42,752 nucleotides of DNA from Candidatus Eiseniibacteriota bacterium (GTDB lineage Bacteria; Orphanbacterota; Orphanbacteria; Orphanbacterales; Orphanbacteraceae), in contig JBDROZ010000058.1 of NCBI GenBank assembly GCA_043809585.1, positions 1 through 42,752 of the forward strand, written 5' to 3'. The position numbers and the translations under genes are program-made. The notes beneath the pieces were generated by a model that saw only the letters and a list, made by a program, of their open reading frames with translations, had not been told where the DNA came from and searched no databases. Shown in pieces: positions 9,143 to 17,437 of the stretch. How positions within the stretch are numbered: the stretch's first letter is position 1; each line of letters starts with the position of its first letter.

Positions 9143-10116
9143 TTCGCCACCCCCTCTCCCAGATTGAGGAGGGGAAGGATCCCCTTGATCGACTCATCCA
9201 CGACGATCCGCCGCTCGATCTTCGGCAATATCTCGCGCATCGTCTCGATGTACAACCGGCGCCGCGTCACGTCGGGGGCGCGGCTGTACTCCTTCAGGAG
9301 GGCGTCGAACCGCGCCGCGTCCCCCTTCGCCCGGTTCACCCGGTCGAGGGCGTACCCCTCGGCGGCGAGAATCGTGGCCTGGGCCTCTCCCTTCGCCCGG
9401 GGGATCGCCTGGTTGTAGTCGGCCATCGCCTCGTTGATCATCTTCTCCTTCTCTTGAATCGCCTCGTTCACTTCGTTGAAGGAGGGCTGCACCGCCTCGG
9501 GCGGGTTCACATCCTGCAACACCACGACCTCCACGCTGATGCCCGTCTCGTACTGGTCGCAGAGGGTCTGGAGCCTCTGTTTCGCCTCGTCCCCCACCTC
9601 GACGCGCCCCGTGGTGAGGACTTCGCTCACGCTCCGGTCGCCGACCACCTCCCGCATGACCGCCTCCGTCATGCTCTTGAACGTGTCCCGCGGGGAGCGG
9701 ACCCGGAAGAGGAAGAGATCGGGCCGGGTGATCTTGTACTGCACAATCCACTCGACGAGCGCGCTGTTCAGGTCTCCCGTCAGCATGAGGGACTCGTCCT
9801 CGTAGCCCGAGGTGGCGTACTGGGTTCGCTGCCCCGCGGCGATCGTACGAAACCCGAACTCCTCCTTCAGCTGCCTCTTCACCGGCACCTTATAGAGGCG
9901 CTCGATGCCGAAGGGGAGACGGAAGTGGAGACCGGGCTCGCTGGTCCTCGTGTACTTGCCGAGGGTGAGGATGACTCCCACCTCCTCCGGCTCCACCGTG
10001 AAGACGCTCGAGAAGAGAATGCCGAGAACGAGGACCACCATGGCCCCGAGCGCGATGGAGCGGCCCGGAATCTTGGGTATCTTCAGTTCCTGGATCGGCC
10101 TGCCGTACTGGTTCAT
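9139..10116 (-). CDS. hflK: FtsH protease modulator HflK
   Basis: Start at ATG 10116 after AGGAGG. MLTGDLN, LQDVNPPE.V, IPRAKGEA, APDVTRRRLYIETM. Confidence 0.95.
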   Translation of the reverse strand: MNQYGRPIQELKIPKIPGRSIALGAMVVLVLGILFSSVFTVEPEEVGVILTLGKYTRTSEPGLHFRLPFGIERLYKVPVKRQLKEEFGFRTIAAGQRTQYATSGYEDESLMLTGDLNSALVEWIVQYKITRPDLFLFRVRSPRDTFKSMTEAVMREVVGDRSVSEVLTTGRVEVGDEAKQRLQTLCDQYETGISVEVVVLQDVNPPEAVQPSFNEVNEAIQEKEKMINEAMADYNQAIPRAKGEAQATILAAEGYALDRVNRAKGDAARFDALLKEYSRAPDVTRRRLYIETMREILPKIERRIVVDESIKGILPLLNLGEGVAK

Positions 10117-10174
10117 GAGAATGGCCCTCCTGGGCGACGTGGGGGGGACGCGCAATTGATCCTTCGTCCTTTCC

Positions 10175-10203
10175 AGGCTAGAGAAGGGGTGGGGTCTTGT
10201 CAA
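10175..10203 (-). promoter_or_regulatory. Putative sigma70 promoter for hflK-hflC
   Basis: TTGACA-N17-TAGCCT on the minus strand. Confidence 0.55.
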
Positions 10204-10296
10204 GGAAGACCGGGGACGTGGTGATCACTTCCCGGTTTTGCTATGTTTACCCGAAACCGGATTCGTCCTGTTCGGCGCCCGGCTCCGGGAGGGAAC

Positions 10297-11316
10297 ATGA
10301 AAGAAAGACCAAGGGAAGAGAAGATCGAGTTTCTGCGGGGTCTCGGCCTCGCCGACCTGCACCGCCATTTCGACGGTTCCGTGCGTCCCGAAACGCTTTG
10401 GGGCCTCTCCCAGAAGTACTATTCCGCGATTCCGGGGCTCGGTTACGAGGACTTCCGGGCGAAGCTCCAGTACGAACCGGAGACGGACAGCACCCTTCTC
10501 GACTACCTGGACAAGTTCCACATCCCCCTGCAGTACACGCAGTTCTACGACAACATCCTGACCATCGCGGCGGAGATCGCCGAGGACGCCTACGGGGAGG
10601 GGGTACGCACTCTCGAGCTCCGCATCAACCCGACCATTCACCGGCGGGCGGGCCTCACGACCCGTCAGGTCTTTTCGGCGGTTCGAAAGGGATTGCGCGG
10701 CGTGCTCCGGGCCCATCCCGATTTCCGGGCCGGGATCGTGGCGATCGCCATGCGGAGCCACGGAGGGAACATGGCCAAGATCCTCCTCCGGGAGGTCGTG
10801 GGGGAGCTCGACCGGTTCCACAACGATCTCGGCGTGGTCGGCTTCGACATTGCCGGGCCGGAGCGCCCCTTCCCGCCGATTCTCTTCATCGAGCCTTTCG
10901 CGCTCGCCACCAAGATGGGATTGAAGAAGACGGTGCACGCCGGCGAGGACGAGGGACCGGCGCGGGTCTGGGAGGCGGTGGAACTGCTCGGCCCTCAGCG
11001 CCTCGGCCACGCCGTGAGCGCCGGCGAGGACCCGAAGCTGATGAAGCGGATCGCCGCCGACGGGATCGCCGTCGAGATCTGTCTCACTTCGAATCTCCAG
11101 ACCGGGGCGGTGAGACGGATCGAGGACCACCCGCTCCCGAGGTTCCTCGACTCCGGGATGAGCTGCGCCATCTGCACCGACAATCCGACTGTATCGAACA
11201 CGAATCTCGTCGAAGAGTATCTGCTCGCCATCGACGCCTTCGGCCTTTCCGAGGAAGACGTGAAACGCCTCGCCGAGATGGGGCGGAGCGCGTCCTTCAT
11301 CGCCCCGGCCCCGTAA
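10297..11316 (+). CDS. add: Adenosine deaminase family protein
   Basis: DLHRHFDGS, GFDIAGPE, TVHAGE, RLGHAV, EICLTSN, CTDNP; GGGAGG RBS. Confidence 0.92.
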   Translation: MKERPREEKIEFLRGLGLADLHRHFDGSVRPETLWGLSQKYYSAIPGLGYEDFRAKLQYEPETDSTLLDYLDKFHIPLQYTQFYDNILTIAAEIAEDAYGEGVRTLELRINPTIHRRAGLTTRQVFSAVRKGLRGVLRAHPDFRAGIVAIAMRSHGGNMAKILLREVVGELDRFHNDLGVVGFDIAGPERPFPPILFIEPFALATKMGLKKTVHAGEDEGPARVWEAVELLGPQRLGHAVSAGEDPKLMKRIAADGIAVEICLTSNLQTGAVRRIEDHPLPRFLDSGMSCAICTDNPTVSNTNLVEEYLLAIDAFGLSEEDVKRLAEMGRSASFIAPAP

Positions 11317-11544
11317 TCGGCCCCGCTTGGGCCCGGCCCCGCAACTCTCGTTCCGGTCCCTCGATCCCGCATTTTTTCGCTCACCCCGGGATTCTCCCCG
11401 GCCGATAATCAGAGGGATGGAATGTTCTCACCCCTCGCCCGCTCCCTCGGGGACCGGAGTGGAGATGCTCATGCGCGTCCGATCCGATTCCCGCCCGATC
11501 GAGAGGAACCATAGCGGGCTCGAAGCCGGAAGGAGTCCGACATC

Positions 11545-11961
11545 ATGCCGCGGGTGATGGTCGTCGACGACGACGGACAGGTTCGGGAAGTGTGGCGGGC
11601 GATCCTCGAGGAAGCGGGCTACGACGTGGTCGAGGCCGAGGACGGCGTCCGGGCAATGGACGTCCAGCGCCGGACCCCGGCGGATCTGGTGATCACCGAT
11701 CTCCTCATGCCCGTGAAGGACGGTCTGGAGACGATCATGCATCTACAGAGGACCAGTCCATCCGTGAAGGTCATCGCCGTGACGGGGGGGGGAAAGATCC
11801 TCCGCCCCGATCTGCTTCGGCAGGCCAAGCTGCTCGGGGCGGTGCGGAACTTCCAGAAACCGTTGGACGCGGAAAAGCTCCTCGACGCGGTGAGAGAGCT
11901 CGCCGGCCCTCCGGACGCGAAAGCGGCCGGGTCCTCCTCCGTCACACCGTCTCAGGCGTAG
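11545..11961 (+). CDS. Single-domain response regulator (receiver)
   Basis: VMVVDDD, LVITDLLMP.KDG phospho-acceptor, AVTG, FQKP; AAGGAG RBS. Confidence 0.92.
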   Translation: MPRVMVVDDDGQVREVWRAILEEAGYDVVEAEDGVRAMDVQRRTPADLVITDLLMPVKDGLETIMHLQRTSPSVKVIAVTGGGKILRPDLLRQAKLLGAVRNFQKPLDAEKLLDAVRELAGPPDAKAAGSSSVTPSQA

Positions 11962-12170
11962 ATCTCTTTCCAGGCGAACAGAAGAAGCCCGCTGATCGCG
12001 ACGAAGAGGCCGCTGAAGCCCCAGACGTACCACTCGGCCCCTCCCGGAACGAGCCGGAAGAGGAAGAGAAGAGAGGCGACGATCAGGTCGAGGATCGCCG
12101 CCGCCCGGGGCTCCCTCCGGCCGAGGGCGAGCGTGACGACGAGCATCGCGATGAGCATCAGGACGAGCAT
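11952..12170 (-). CDS. Small membrane protein (72 aa, about 3 hydrophobic segments)
   Basis: GGGAGGA RBS about 8 nt upstream; strongly hydrophobic sequence unlike the R/P/G-rich shadow ORFs. Confidence 0.6.
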   Translation of the reverse strand: MLVLMLIAMLVVTLALGRREPRAAAILDLIVASLLFLFRLVPGGAEWYVWGFSGLFVAISGLLLFAWKEIYA

Positions 12171-12310
12171 GGCGGTGGTCCTCCCGGGGACCGGCCGTGA
12201 CCCGCGTCCCCCACCGAATGATCGGCGGAAAGGGGGAAGGACTTAGCCTTGATCTTTCATGAAACTCACCCGTTTGGCCGGCCCGGAAGGGGACCCGCGC
12301 GCCGCCGGCC

Positions 12311-12340
12311 TTGGGCCTACCCCGGCGCGGCTGGTATACT
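12311..12340 (+). promoter_or_regulatory. Putative promoter for moaD-moaE
   Basis: TTGGGC-N18-TATACT with an extended -10 TG. Confidence 0.4.
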
Positions 12341-12413
12341 GGCCGTCGGGCCGTCCGGCGGGGTGGGCCTTCACGGATAAGACGGCTCGGAAGTTCCGGA
12401 CGACGAGGAGAAG

Positions 12414-13091
12414 ATGACCGAGATCCGGGTTCTCTATTTCGGTCCCGCGGCGGAGGAGGCCGGGCTCCGGGAAGAGACGATCACCCTCGCGCCGCCGGCG
12501 ACCCTCGCCGGGCTCGTGAAGGAGATCGTCGCCCGCCATCCGCGGCTCGCAGGAAGGGCGGAGCGCCTCCGGTTCGCCGTCAACCGGGAATATGCCGGCG
12601 CGGACGGACCTCTCGAGAGCGGGGACGAGGTGGCGGTGATCCCCCCCGTGGCCGGAGGGGCCCCGGAGCCGCGGGTCCTGCTCGTTTGGGAACCGATCGA
12701 CGGGGCGGCGCTCGTTTCCCGGGCCCGGGCCGCCGAGGCGGGGGGCGTGGTCCTCTTCGAAGGGACCGTGCGCGCGGATGAGGAGGAGGGGAAGCGGCCC
12801 TTGTCGGCGCTCATGTACACGGCGTTCGACGAGATGGCGATCCCGGAGATGGAGAGGATCCGCGAGGAAGGGCTCCGGCGCTTCGACGTCGCGGAGATCC
12901 TCCTCGTCCACCGGCTCGGCGTTCTCGCCGTCGGGGAGACGTCGGTTGCCGTCGTCGCTTCGGCCCCTCACCGGGGGGCGGCGTTCGAGGCGTGCCGCTT
13001 CGTCATCGACGAGCTGAAGGCACGGGTCCCGATCTGGAAGAAGGAGCTCCGGGAGGGGGGGGAGACTTCTTGGGTCGAAGGGAAGGAGTGA
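12414..13091 (+). CDS. moaX: Fused molybdopterin synthase MoaD-MoaE (MoaX-like)
   Basis: N-terminal MoaD (VLYFG...FAVNREY...GDEVAVIPPVAGG) joined to MoaE (LFEGTVR, HRLG.L.VGE.SV, SAPHRGAAFEACRF.IDELK..VPIWKKE). Confidence 0.93.
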   Translation: MTEIRVLYFGPAAEEAGLREETITLAPPATLAGLVKEIVARHPRLAGRAERLRFAVNREYAGADGPLESGDEVAVIPPVAGGAPEPRVLLVWEPIDGAALVSRARAAEAGGVVLFEGTVRADEEEGKRPLSALMYTAFDEMAIPEMERIREEGLRRFDVAEILLVHRLGVLAVGETSVAVVASAPHRGAAFEACRFVIDELKARVPIWKKELREGGETSWVEGKE

Positions 13092-13199
13092 CCGCCTCCT
13101 CTTCGGCCATGCGGTCATCCGCCACGGGCGCCGCGTCTGCTCCGCCCGGAAACCCGGCTGCGCCGCCCGCTTCCTCGCCCCCCACTGCCCCCCGGCTCT

Positions 13200-13448
13200 C
13201 TAGCCTGGATTATGCACAAATCTCCTACTGCGATCTCGGATCGCCGCCTGCGAAGCCTCCTTTCCGTCGCCGCCTCCTCGACGGGGCCCGTCGGGCGCTT
13301 GGACTTATCGCGACGGCTAGGAGCGATAAGTGTTAGCGCCCGGGGGGAGGCTCTCATGACTACGCCTCCGGTGGCGGCTCGTCCAAGTCGGCTTCTCGTC
13401 AGGCGATCCGAGCCCTCGTGACGGAGATTCATGCATAATCCAGGCTAG
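13200..13448. mobile_element. CTAG-bounded MITE family M1, full copy (249 bp)
   Basis: 17-bp perfect terminal inverted repeats CTAGCCTGGATTATGCA, about 85-bp imperfect inverted arms and one central hairpin module. Right CTAG contains the pepF stop codon. Confidence 0.9.
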
Positions 13449-15319
13449 CCCTTCTTTAGGAGTTCGTCGAGCTCGTCGACCAGGGAGGCGAGAAGCTCGC
13501 ACGTCGCCTCCACCGGGTCGGGGCGGGTGAGGTCGACCCCCGCCTTCTTCAAGAGCTCGATCGGATAGTCGTTCGAGCCGCTCTCGAGGAAGGCGATGTA
13601 TCTCTCCCGGGCGCCGGGCTCGCCGCCCAGGATGCTCCGGGCGATGGCGGTGGCCGCCACGTATCCCGTCGCGTACTTGTAGACGTAGAAGTTCCGGTAG
13701 AAGTGATGGATGCGTGCCCAGCCGATGGCCGATTCGTCGGCGAACGCCACCTCGCCCCCCGCGTACTTGTCCAGAAGCTCCATGTAAACGCCGTTCATGG
13801 CGTCCACCGTGAGGGGCTCGCCCTTCTCGAGCATCTCGTGGATCCTCCACTCGAACTCGCTGAACATCACCTGGGTGTACACGGTGTTCAGGATCTGCTT
13901 GATCCAGTAGTTGATCAGGTAGATTCGCATCTCCCGGTCGTCGGTGTTTTTCAAGAGATGGTCCATGAGGAGCGCCTCGTTCGTCGTGGATGCCACTTCC
14001 GCCACGAAGAGCGTGTAGTCCGCGTACACCGGGGGTTGGGCGGCGGCGGCGTGCATCGTGTGCAGGCAGTGGCCCATCTCGTGGGCGAGGGTGAACATGT
14101 CCCGCATCGTACCCTGGTAGTTCATCAGGATGTACGGATGAGGGGTCGCGTAGGAGCCCCACGAGTAGGCACCGCTCCGCTTGCCGACGTTCTCGTAGAC
14201 GTCGATCCAGCCCCCTCCGAAGCCCCTCTTCAGTTTCTCGACGTAGCCCTCGCCGAGGGGGGAGAGACCGGCCTCGATGGTCGCCACCCCTTCCTCGTAC
14301 GGGATGATCCGGTCCACCGACGGCATCAGAGGCGCGTAGGTGTCCCAGTGGCGGAGAGTGTCGAGTTCGAGGACGCGCTTCCGGATCCGGTTGTACTTCT
14401 TCACCGGTTCCATGTGGTCGCCCACGGTGGCGATCAGGTTCTCGAGGACCTCGGTCGGGACGTTGTCCCCGTCCAGGGCCATTTCGACGCAGGTGTCGTA
14501 ACCCCGGGCCCGGGTGTAGAACAGGTCCCGCTTCATGGCGCCCGCGAGGGCGGCGGCGCTCGTGTGGAGGTACTTGCCGTATCCCTCGTAGTAGACCCGG
14601 AACGCCTCTTCCCGGACCTTCCGGTTCGGGCTCCGGAGATAGAGTCCGAACCGGCCTTCGGTCATCTCCACTTCGTCTCCGTTCTCGTCCGTGAACGCGC
14701 CGAAACGGAGATCGGCGTTGGCGAACTGGTTGTAGACGTCCCGGGGCACGCCGGCCAGGTCGCCCGAGAGAGAGAGGATCTTCTCCTCCCCCTCGGAGAG
14801 GACGTGCTCCTGCTTGCGCCGGAGATCGTCGAAGAAGTGTCGGTAAACGGCGAGGTCCGGCTCCTCCTCCATGAAGCGCTCCACCCTCTCCCGGGGGATC
14901 GCGATCAGTTCCGGCTCGGTCCACGCGAGGGCGGATTCGAGGCGGACGCCGAGAGCCCGAACCCGGTCGCGGAGCCCCTTGTTCTCGGAGATCCGGGCGT
15001 CTTCGTCCGACTTGAGACCCGAGTAGATCAGGAGGCGGGTGTAGATTTCCGAGAGGGCTTCCGACTTCCCCCGGAACTCGAGGAGCGCCGCCGCCGACCC
15101 GCCGAGACGGCCTTGATAGGCGGCCACCTCGGGGATCATCGCCTCCGCCCGGGCGAAATCGGCCTCCCAATCGGATGTGTTCGGATAGAGGTCGGTCAGG
15201 TTCCACTGGTACTTCGGGTCGATTTCGGACCGTTCTTCCGCGGCTCCCCCCGCGAGGACGCGGACCGGCCCGTGGAGCAAAACGCCGAGGGCGAGGGCGG
15301 CCACTAGGATTCGTCTCAT
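13445..15319 (-). CDS. pepF: Oligoendopeptidase F (M3B) with signal peptide
   Basis: ATG 15319 after AAGGAG. RSEIDPKYQWNLTDLY, WIDVYEN.GKRSGAYS, TLAHEMGH..H, FVAEVAST.NE, WARIHHFY.NFYVYKYATG. Confidence 0.95.
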   Translation of the reverse strand: MRRILVAALALGVLLHGPVRVLAGGAAEERSEIDPKYQWNLTDLYPNTSDWEADFARAEAMIPEVAAYQGRLGGSAAALLEFRGKSEALSEIYTRLLIYSGLKSDEDARISENKGLRDRVRALGVRLESALAWTEPELIAIPRERVERFMEEEPDLAVYRHFFDDLRRKQEHVLSEGEEKILSLSGDLAGVPRDVYNQFANADLRFGAFTDENGDEVEMTEGRFGLYLRSPNRKVREEAFRVYYEGYGKYLHTSAAALAGAMKRDLFYTRARGYDTCVEMALDGDNVPTEVLENLIATVGDHMEPVKKYNRIRKRVLELDTLRHWDTYAPLMPSVDRIIPYEEGVATIEAGLSPLGEGYVEKLKRGFGGGWIDVYENVGKRSGAYSWGSYATPHPYILMNYQGTMRDMFTLAHEMGHCLHTMHAAAAQPPVYADYTLFVAEVASTTNEALLMDHLLKNTDDREMRIYLINYWIKQILNTVYTQVMFSEFEWRIHEMLEKGEPLTVDAMNGVYMELLDKYAGGEVAFADESAIGWARIHHFYRNFYVYKYATGYVAATAIARSILGGEPGARERYIAFLESGSNDYPIELLKKAGVDLTRPDPVEATCELLASLVDELDELLKKG

Positions 15320-15539
15320 GACACAGGACTCCTTGGATCTCCGAGGGACTCGGTCGACGGTGGGGCGGATGCGCGGCGACCGCGCCCCCCTGAGAGAGAC
15401 TCTATCGGAAGGGGGTGGGTTCATCAAGATCTCGGTGGGGTGGACGGGGCGGACGGGGTGGGAGATAATCGGCGGGCGAATCCATCCTCCGGAATTCTCC
15501 GGCGCGGCGCGCCGGTTTCGACGACAAGGAGACGTTTCA

Positions 15540-17039
15540 ATGACCAGCGCCGATCGCTACGAGGCCTTCCTCGGCTTGGTGAAAGAGATCCACGACCTCG
15601 ACCGGGCGGAGGAACTCCTCTCCTGGGACCAGCAAACGTACATGCCGCCGAAGGGGGCGGAGGCGCGGGCCTCCCAGCTCTCGACCCTGACCGGTCTCCG
15701 CCACGACTTTCTCACCGGGGACCGGATGGCGGATCTCCTGGCGGAACTCGGGGACGGGGACGGGCTCTCCGGAGACGCCCGGGTCAACCTCCGCGAGATC
15801 CGGCGCCTGCACGAGCGGGAGCGAAAGGTGCCGAAGGAGCTGGTGAAGGAGATGTCCCGTATCCAGGCCCTCTCCCAGCAGGCGTGGGTGGACGCGCGGA
15901 AGAACGCCGACTTCTCGGCCTTCGCCCCCTGGCTCGAGAAGATCCTGGATCTTCGCATCCGCATGGGGGACGCCGTCGGATTCGAGGAATCCCGCTACGA
16001 CGCCTTCCTCGACGAGTTCGAGCCGGGCGCGACGGCGTCGGCGATCGGCGGTGTTTTCGACGCCCTGAAGGCGGAACTCGTCCCCTTCGTCGCCGAGGTC
16101 ATCGAGGCGGGAAGGCGGCTCGGGCGGGAGCCCCTCGGTCTCCGCATCCCCGTCCCCGCCCAGGAGAAGTTCGGAATCGAGATCTCCCGGGCGCTCGGTT
16201 TCGATTTCGACGGGGGGCGGCTCGACGTTTCCGCCCACCCCTTCACTTCCGGCAACCTGCACGACGTCCGGCTCACGACTCGGTACGACGAGAGGGAGCC
16301 CGCCATGTCGATTTTCGGGACCCTTCACGAGGCGGGTCACGGGATGTACGAGCAGGGCGTCGACCCCGCCCACGAGGGGACGCCCCGAGGGGCGTCGGTC
16401 AGCCTCGGGATTCACGAGTCCCAGTCGCGCCTGTGGGAGAACATGGTCGGCCGCTCCCTCCCGTTCTGGGAGTACGCCTATCCGATGCTTCAAAAGCACG
16501 CCGCCGCCGCCTTGGAGGGGATCGATGTCGCCGCGTGGCACCGGGAGGTGAACCGGGTCGCGGCGTCGCTCATCCGGGTCGAGGCGGACGAGGTGACCTA
16601 CAACCTCCACATCCTGCTCCGGTTCGAGATCGAAAAGGCGATGGCGGAGAAGACCGTGTTCGTGAACGACCTGCCGGAACTTTGGAACGGGAAGGTGAAA
16701 GAGTACCTCGGGATCACGCCGCCCGACGCCGCCGCCGGTCTCCTCCAGGACATTCACTGGTCCTTCGGGCTCCTCGGCTATTTTCCGACCTACGCTCTCG
16801 GGAATCTCTACGCCGCCCAGTTCTACCGCACCGCGAAGGGGGCGATTCCGGGGCTCGAGGATGGCTACCGGGAGGGGCGGTTCGCGCCCCTTCTCGACTG
16901 GCTCCGCGCGGAGATCCACCGCCGGGGGAAGACCTACACGGCGGGCGAACTGGTGAAGGTCGTCACCGGAGAGGAACTGAACGCGGGCTATCTGATGGAG
17001 TACCTCAGGGAGAAGTACGGGGAGCTGTATCAGTTGTAA
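15540..17039 (+). CDS. Carboxypeptidase M32 (Taq-like)
   Basis: LSWDQQTYMP, SAHPF, DVRLTTRY, HEAGHGMYEQG, IHESQSRLWEN, IRVEADE, LQDIHW...GYFPTY. Confidence 0.96.
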   Translation: MTSADRYEAFLGLVKEIHDLDRAEELLSWDQQTYMPPKGAEARASQLSTLTGLRHDFLTGDRMADLLAELGDGDGLSGDARVNLREIRRLHERERKVPKELVKEMSRIQALSQQAWVDARKNADFSAFAPWLEKILDLRIRMGDAVGFEESRYDAFLDEFEPGATASAIGGVFDALKAELVPFVAEVIEAGRRLGREPLGLRIPVPAQEKFGIEISRALGFDFDGGRLDVSAHPFTSGNLHDVRLTTRYDEREPAMSIFGTLHEAGHGMYEQGVDPAHEGTPRGASVSLGIHESQSRLWENMVGRSLPFWEYAYPMLQKHAAAALEGIDVAAWHREVNRVAASLIRVEADEVTYNLHILLRFEIEKAMAEKTVFVNDLPELWNGKVKEYLGITPPDAAAGLLQDIHWSFGLLGYFPTYALGNLYAAQFYRTAKGAIPGLEDGYREGRFAPLLDWLRAEIHRRGKTYTAGELVKVVTGEELNAGYLMEYLREKYGELYQL

Positions 17040-17131
17040 GGCAGGATCGCGCGAAACGGCTATCCTTCTCGAACTCCTCCTCCGCAGCCTGGAATGGTCG
17101 TGCTCGTGTGCAGTGTCCGTACGGAGGACGG

Positions 17132-17299
17132 CGGGGTGGGGGAGCGGCTTCGGGAGGGATGGGGGCATCACCGGGGAGCTGTTGCCGTCTTTCGCAACAC
17201 CACCCCTACGAGGCCGGAGAAAGGGAGGGTTTGCTCCCGCAGCACGACGAGCGTTCTAGCCTGCCCCGCTATCCCTCCCTCAGCCGATCCCCCGCCCCG
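17132..17299 (+). other. Long imperfect inverted repeat enclosing smaller hairpins (candidate structured RNA or repeat element)
   Basis: Arms 17132-17167 and 17262-17299 pair over about 36 bp, with G-U-compatible differences on +. Inner stems GGGAGC/GCTCCC and TGTTGC/GCAACA. Confidence 0.45.
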
Positions 17300-17437
17300 T
17301 AGGCGGAGGTGGGTGGGCGAGGAAGCGTCCGGAGCGCGGGCGTATCCTGTCCCCCGCTCACTCCGAAGTGCTGAGCGCGGTGAGACTGATGAGGAGCCCG
17401 CAGGTCCGGGTGGGCGAACTCGACAATGGTCGTGACA

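Noticed and set aside
10172-10181. TCCAGGCTAG as another M1 MITE end
   Set aside because: Only 10 bp match, and it is better explained as the -10 box (TAGCCT) of the hflK promoter.
12345-12413. Moco riboswitch upstream of moaD-moaE
   Set aside because: Alternative GC-rich pairings exist, but the conserved Moco/Wco motif features were not recognisable and the leader is short.
13290-13345. MITE central module as an integron attC site (GTTAGCG / CGCTAAC core)
   Set aside because: Only one core is present; the opposite end is not complementary at the AAC/GTT triplet. No integrase or cassette array is present.
17170-17245. c-di-GMP-I riboswitch on the minus strand (GCAAAC, CTCCGGCCT)
   Set aside because: Motif pieces are in the wrong spacing, the GACGCAAAG junction is missing, and the site is downstream of genes rather than in a leader.
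17340-17425. Hammerhead ribozyme (CTGATGA...GCGAA) or SRP RNA (CAGGTCCGG)
   Set aside because: GAAC instead of GAAA, stem II is offset and no stems I/III were found. The SRP GGAAGCAGC half is missing.
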